A DNA stretch of 64,000 nucleotides, from contig DATKWZ010000016.1 of the NCBI GenBank assembly GCA_035529315.1, forward strand, positions 9,650-73,649, given 5' to 3'. This DNA comes from Anaerolineae bacterium (GTDB taxonomy: Bacteria > Desulfobacterota > Desulfobacteria > Desulfobacterales > ETH-SRB1). The position numbers and the translations under genes are program-made. Under the pieces are notes generated by a model that saw nothing but the letters and a program-made list of their open reading frames with translations, was not told the DNA's origin and did not search any database. This document shows positions 63,101 through 64,000 of this stretch, in pieces (within the stretch, counting starts at the first letter, position 1; every line of letters starts with the position of its first letter).

Positions 63101-64000
63101 CAATCTCGCCATGTTGTGTGGAAACGTTGGAATCGAAGGGGGCGGGGTTAACCCGCTGCGAGGTCAAAACAATGTGCAGGGGGCCTGCGATATGGGCGCC
63201 CTTCCAGATGTACTCCCTGGTTACCAGTCTGTTTCCGACCAGGAGATCGTCGGAAAATTCGAAGATGCCTGGGGCAAGAAACTTCCGCCAAAACCAGGCA
63301 TGGCTGTAACAGACATGTGGTCTGCCATTCTGGAAGGAAAGATAAAAGGGATGTACATCATGGGAGAAAATCCCGTTGTGAGCGATCCCAACTCAAAAGA
63401 TGTAGAAGCGGCTCTGAAAAAATTAGATTTTCTGGTGGTTCAGGATATCTTTATGACAGAAACGGCAAAACTGGCCAATGTGGTCCTTCCTGCTACCAGT
63501 TTTGCTGAAAAAGAGGGTACTTTTACCAATACGGAAAGGCGAGTCCAACGGGTGAGGCAGGGATTAGCCCCCTTGGGGGATTCCAGACCTGATTGGAAGA
63601 TAATCTGCAGCCTGTCTGAAAAGATGGGAATGCCTATGAATTACAATGATCCTGAAGAGATCATGGAGGAAATCGCCTGTCTTGTGCCGATTTACGGTGG
63701 AATTCACTATGAACGTCTCAACAAGAATAGTCTCCAGTGGCCATGCCCGAACCGGGAACATCCGGGCACTCCGTATCTGCATAAAGGTAGTTTTACCCGT
63801 GGAAAAGGATTGTTTCAATCCGTGGAATTCATCCTCTCGGATGAACTTCCAAATGAAGAATATCCTTTTCTTCTTTCAACAGGAAGAGTCCTTTACCATT
63901 ACAACAGCGGCACCATGACCCGCAAGGTCGAGGGGCTTAACTCGATTTCTCCCGAAGCAATCACGGAGATTAATCCGTTAGATGCGGAAAAAAAGGGGAT
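60102..64000 (+). CDS. [2Fe-2S] + GltD-like NAD(P)H flavoprotein + 4Fe-4S + formate dehydrogenase alpha (molybdopterin) fusion, 3'-partial
   Basis: Not in the ORF track because it runs off the window; the frame from ATG 60102 stays open for 1299 codons. CGICVVEVDG is the 2Fe-2S part. VAVIGGGPAGLSAAYY...GGMLRYGIPEFRLP is GltD-like. KTVCPFCGCGCTI and VDHCARLCHAST belong to FdhA, with Cys codon TGT at 62577-62579 where selenoproteins have TGA. Confidence 0.9.
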   Translation, partial: MAKLEIKIDGRTLWVDLGTIILDAALKAGIFIPTLCYMPGKDNEHPCGICVVEVDGREELVHACSTLVEGGMVVTSQSDRVIKARQDVLERMLSRHYGDCIAPCSLTCPAGINIQGYLNRIAKGEFTEALKLIKEKNPLPLSVGRVCPHFCETRCRRILVDECLSINHLKRFVADFSIYHKETRALPPLPSSGHSVAVIGGGPAGLSAAYYTAHMGHEVTIFEAMPQLGGMLRYGIPEFRLPRKIVNKEIEDILRAGVRPQTGKRLGVDFTIKSLKEDGFKAIFIGIGAWQNEQLGIDGENIEGVISGIDFLKSISLGQMPSIGQRVAVIGGVDIAVDTARTCVRMDLDEVVVIYQRSMMEMPASHREVIEAEKEGVKFIFMTGVTKIKKEKDFLRLETVRMKLSQPDKSGKRWPIPDPGSEETCEVDNVIVATGQTPDLSWMEMLDEGVKPHVLPGGTIVAVPQTLQTSEKGVFAGGDVVRGPRTVIQAINGGRKAARSIDIYLRKKPLYHPKRQINFTKGKKFEDIDLHNFEGIPIGLGEKMPVRAPERRVRDFDEIELGFTEETAFRESKRCLQCGCAALSKCKLRELSIEYGVRFPVSEMLRRRQYGIDSHHPFIIIDPNKCIFCQRCKNSCEYGALELEGTGFDENGFPERIAIIINDRCVSCGACVDNCPAGALTKKSVDFPVVPGEIKKVKTVCPFCGCGCTIDLNMKGNSIVEVTADPEDGPNFGNLCVKGRFGNEFVRHPDRLKKPLIRKRGYFWEASWEDVISHVAQKFLEIRDNDPDSLAGLSSAKCTNEENYLMQKFMRAVVGTNNVDHCARLCHASTVAGLAQSFGSGAMTNPIADFKKADVILLTGSNPTENHPVIALGMIKAIQENGTKLIVVDPREIEMVQYAEIWLRPKPGTDVVWLNGMMHVIIDEELYDISYVADKTENFMALKETVMRYNPEFVELITGIPSEDLRKAARLYAKAGRGSIAYAMGITQHAFGTDNVKSIANLAMLCGNVGIEGGGVNPLRGQNNVQGACDMGALPDVLPGYQSVSDQEIVGKFEDAWGKKLPPKPGMAVTDMWSAILEGKIKGMYIMGENPVVSDPNSKDVEAALKKLDFLVVQDIFMTETAKLANVVLPATSFAEKEGTFTNTERRVQRVRQGLAPLGDSRPDWKIICSLSEKMGMPMNYNDPEEIMEEIACLVPIYGGIHYERLNKNSLQWPCPNREHPGTPYLHKGSFTRGKGLFQSVEFILSDELPNEEYPFLLSTGRVLYHYNSGTMTRKVEGLNSISPEAITEINPLDAEKKG

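Overview
This 64-kb window reads like a chromosome segment from a Desulfobacterota (Desulfobacterales-like) anaerobe; that assignment is an inference from gene content. I found no rRNA, tRNA or CRISPR array. It falls into three parts.

(1) 1-7.9 kb is a visibly GC-richer, translationally coupled block. It holds a 5'-partial HTH/PTS-EIIA regulator and a six-gene hydrogenase-4/formate-hydrogenlyase-like membrane complex. The catalytic-subunit homolog of that complex has no NiFe-binding CxxC motifs (Ehr-type), and its ferredoxin and small subunits are fused.

(2) 8-40 kb is AT-richer, mixed and partly accessory.
- An orphan acidic gene sits next to a 1314-aa fusion of HEAT repeats, 30 pentapeptide repeats and a class-I (CyaA-type) adenylate cyclase.
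- A promoter cassette occurs three times within 2.5 kb, twice carrying a roughly 105-nt hairpin-terminated transcript.
- The cassettes bracket a frameshifted higB with higA, an SH3-anchor protein and a 5' stub resembling an IS200/Y1-family transposase gene.
- The rest includes a helical-repeat protein, a DsrE2-like protein, a beta-carbonic anhydrase, an NYN/OST-HTH protein, usp plus a P-type ATPase, hemW and mltG.
- It also includes an orphan receiver, cobU-cobS-(cbiR-like)-cobT, dtd, dacB, a split purH and a RACo-like activase.

(3) 40.5-64 kb is a near-complete Wood-Ljungdahl supercluster: cooC, fhs, folD, cooS, a tandem-HdrA protein, panB plus a DUF2520 gene, mvhD, an HdrC-like gene, mvhD, metV, metF, acsD, acsB, acsC, acsE, and a 3'-partial 2Fe-2S/GltD-like/formate-dehydrogenase triple fusion.

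The best candidates for something undescribed are the cyclase fusion locus (8.3-13.2 kb), the repeated promoter/leader cassette (13.7-16.2 kb), the cysteine-less Ehr-type complex with its EIIA regulator, and the HdrB-less Hdr/Mvh/MetVF module. All functional calls rest on motif recognition by eye. No database search was run.
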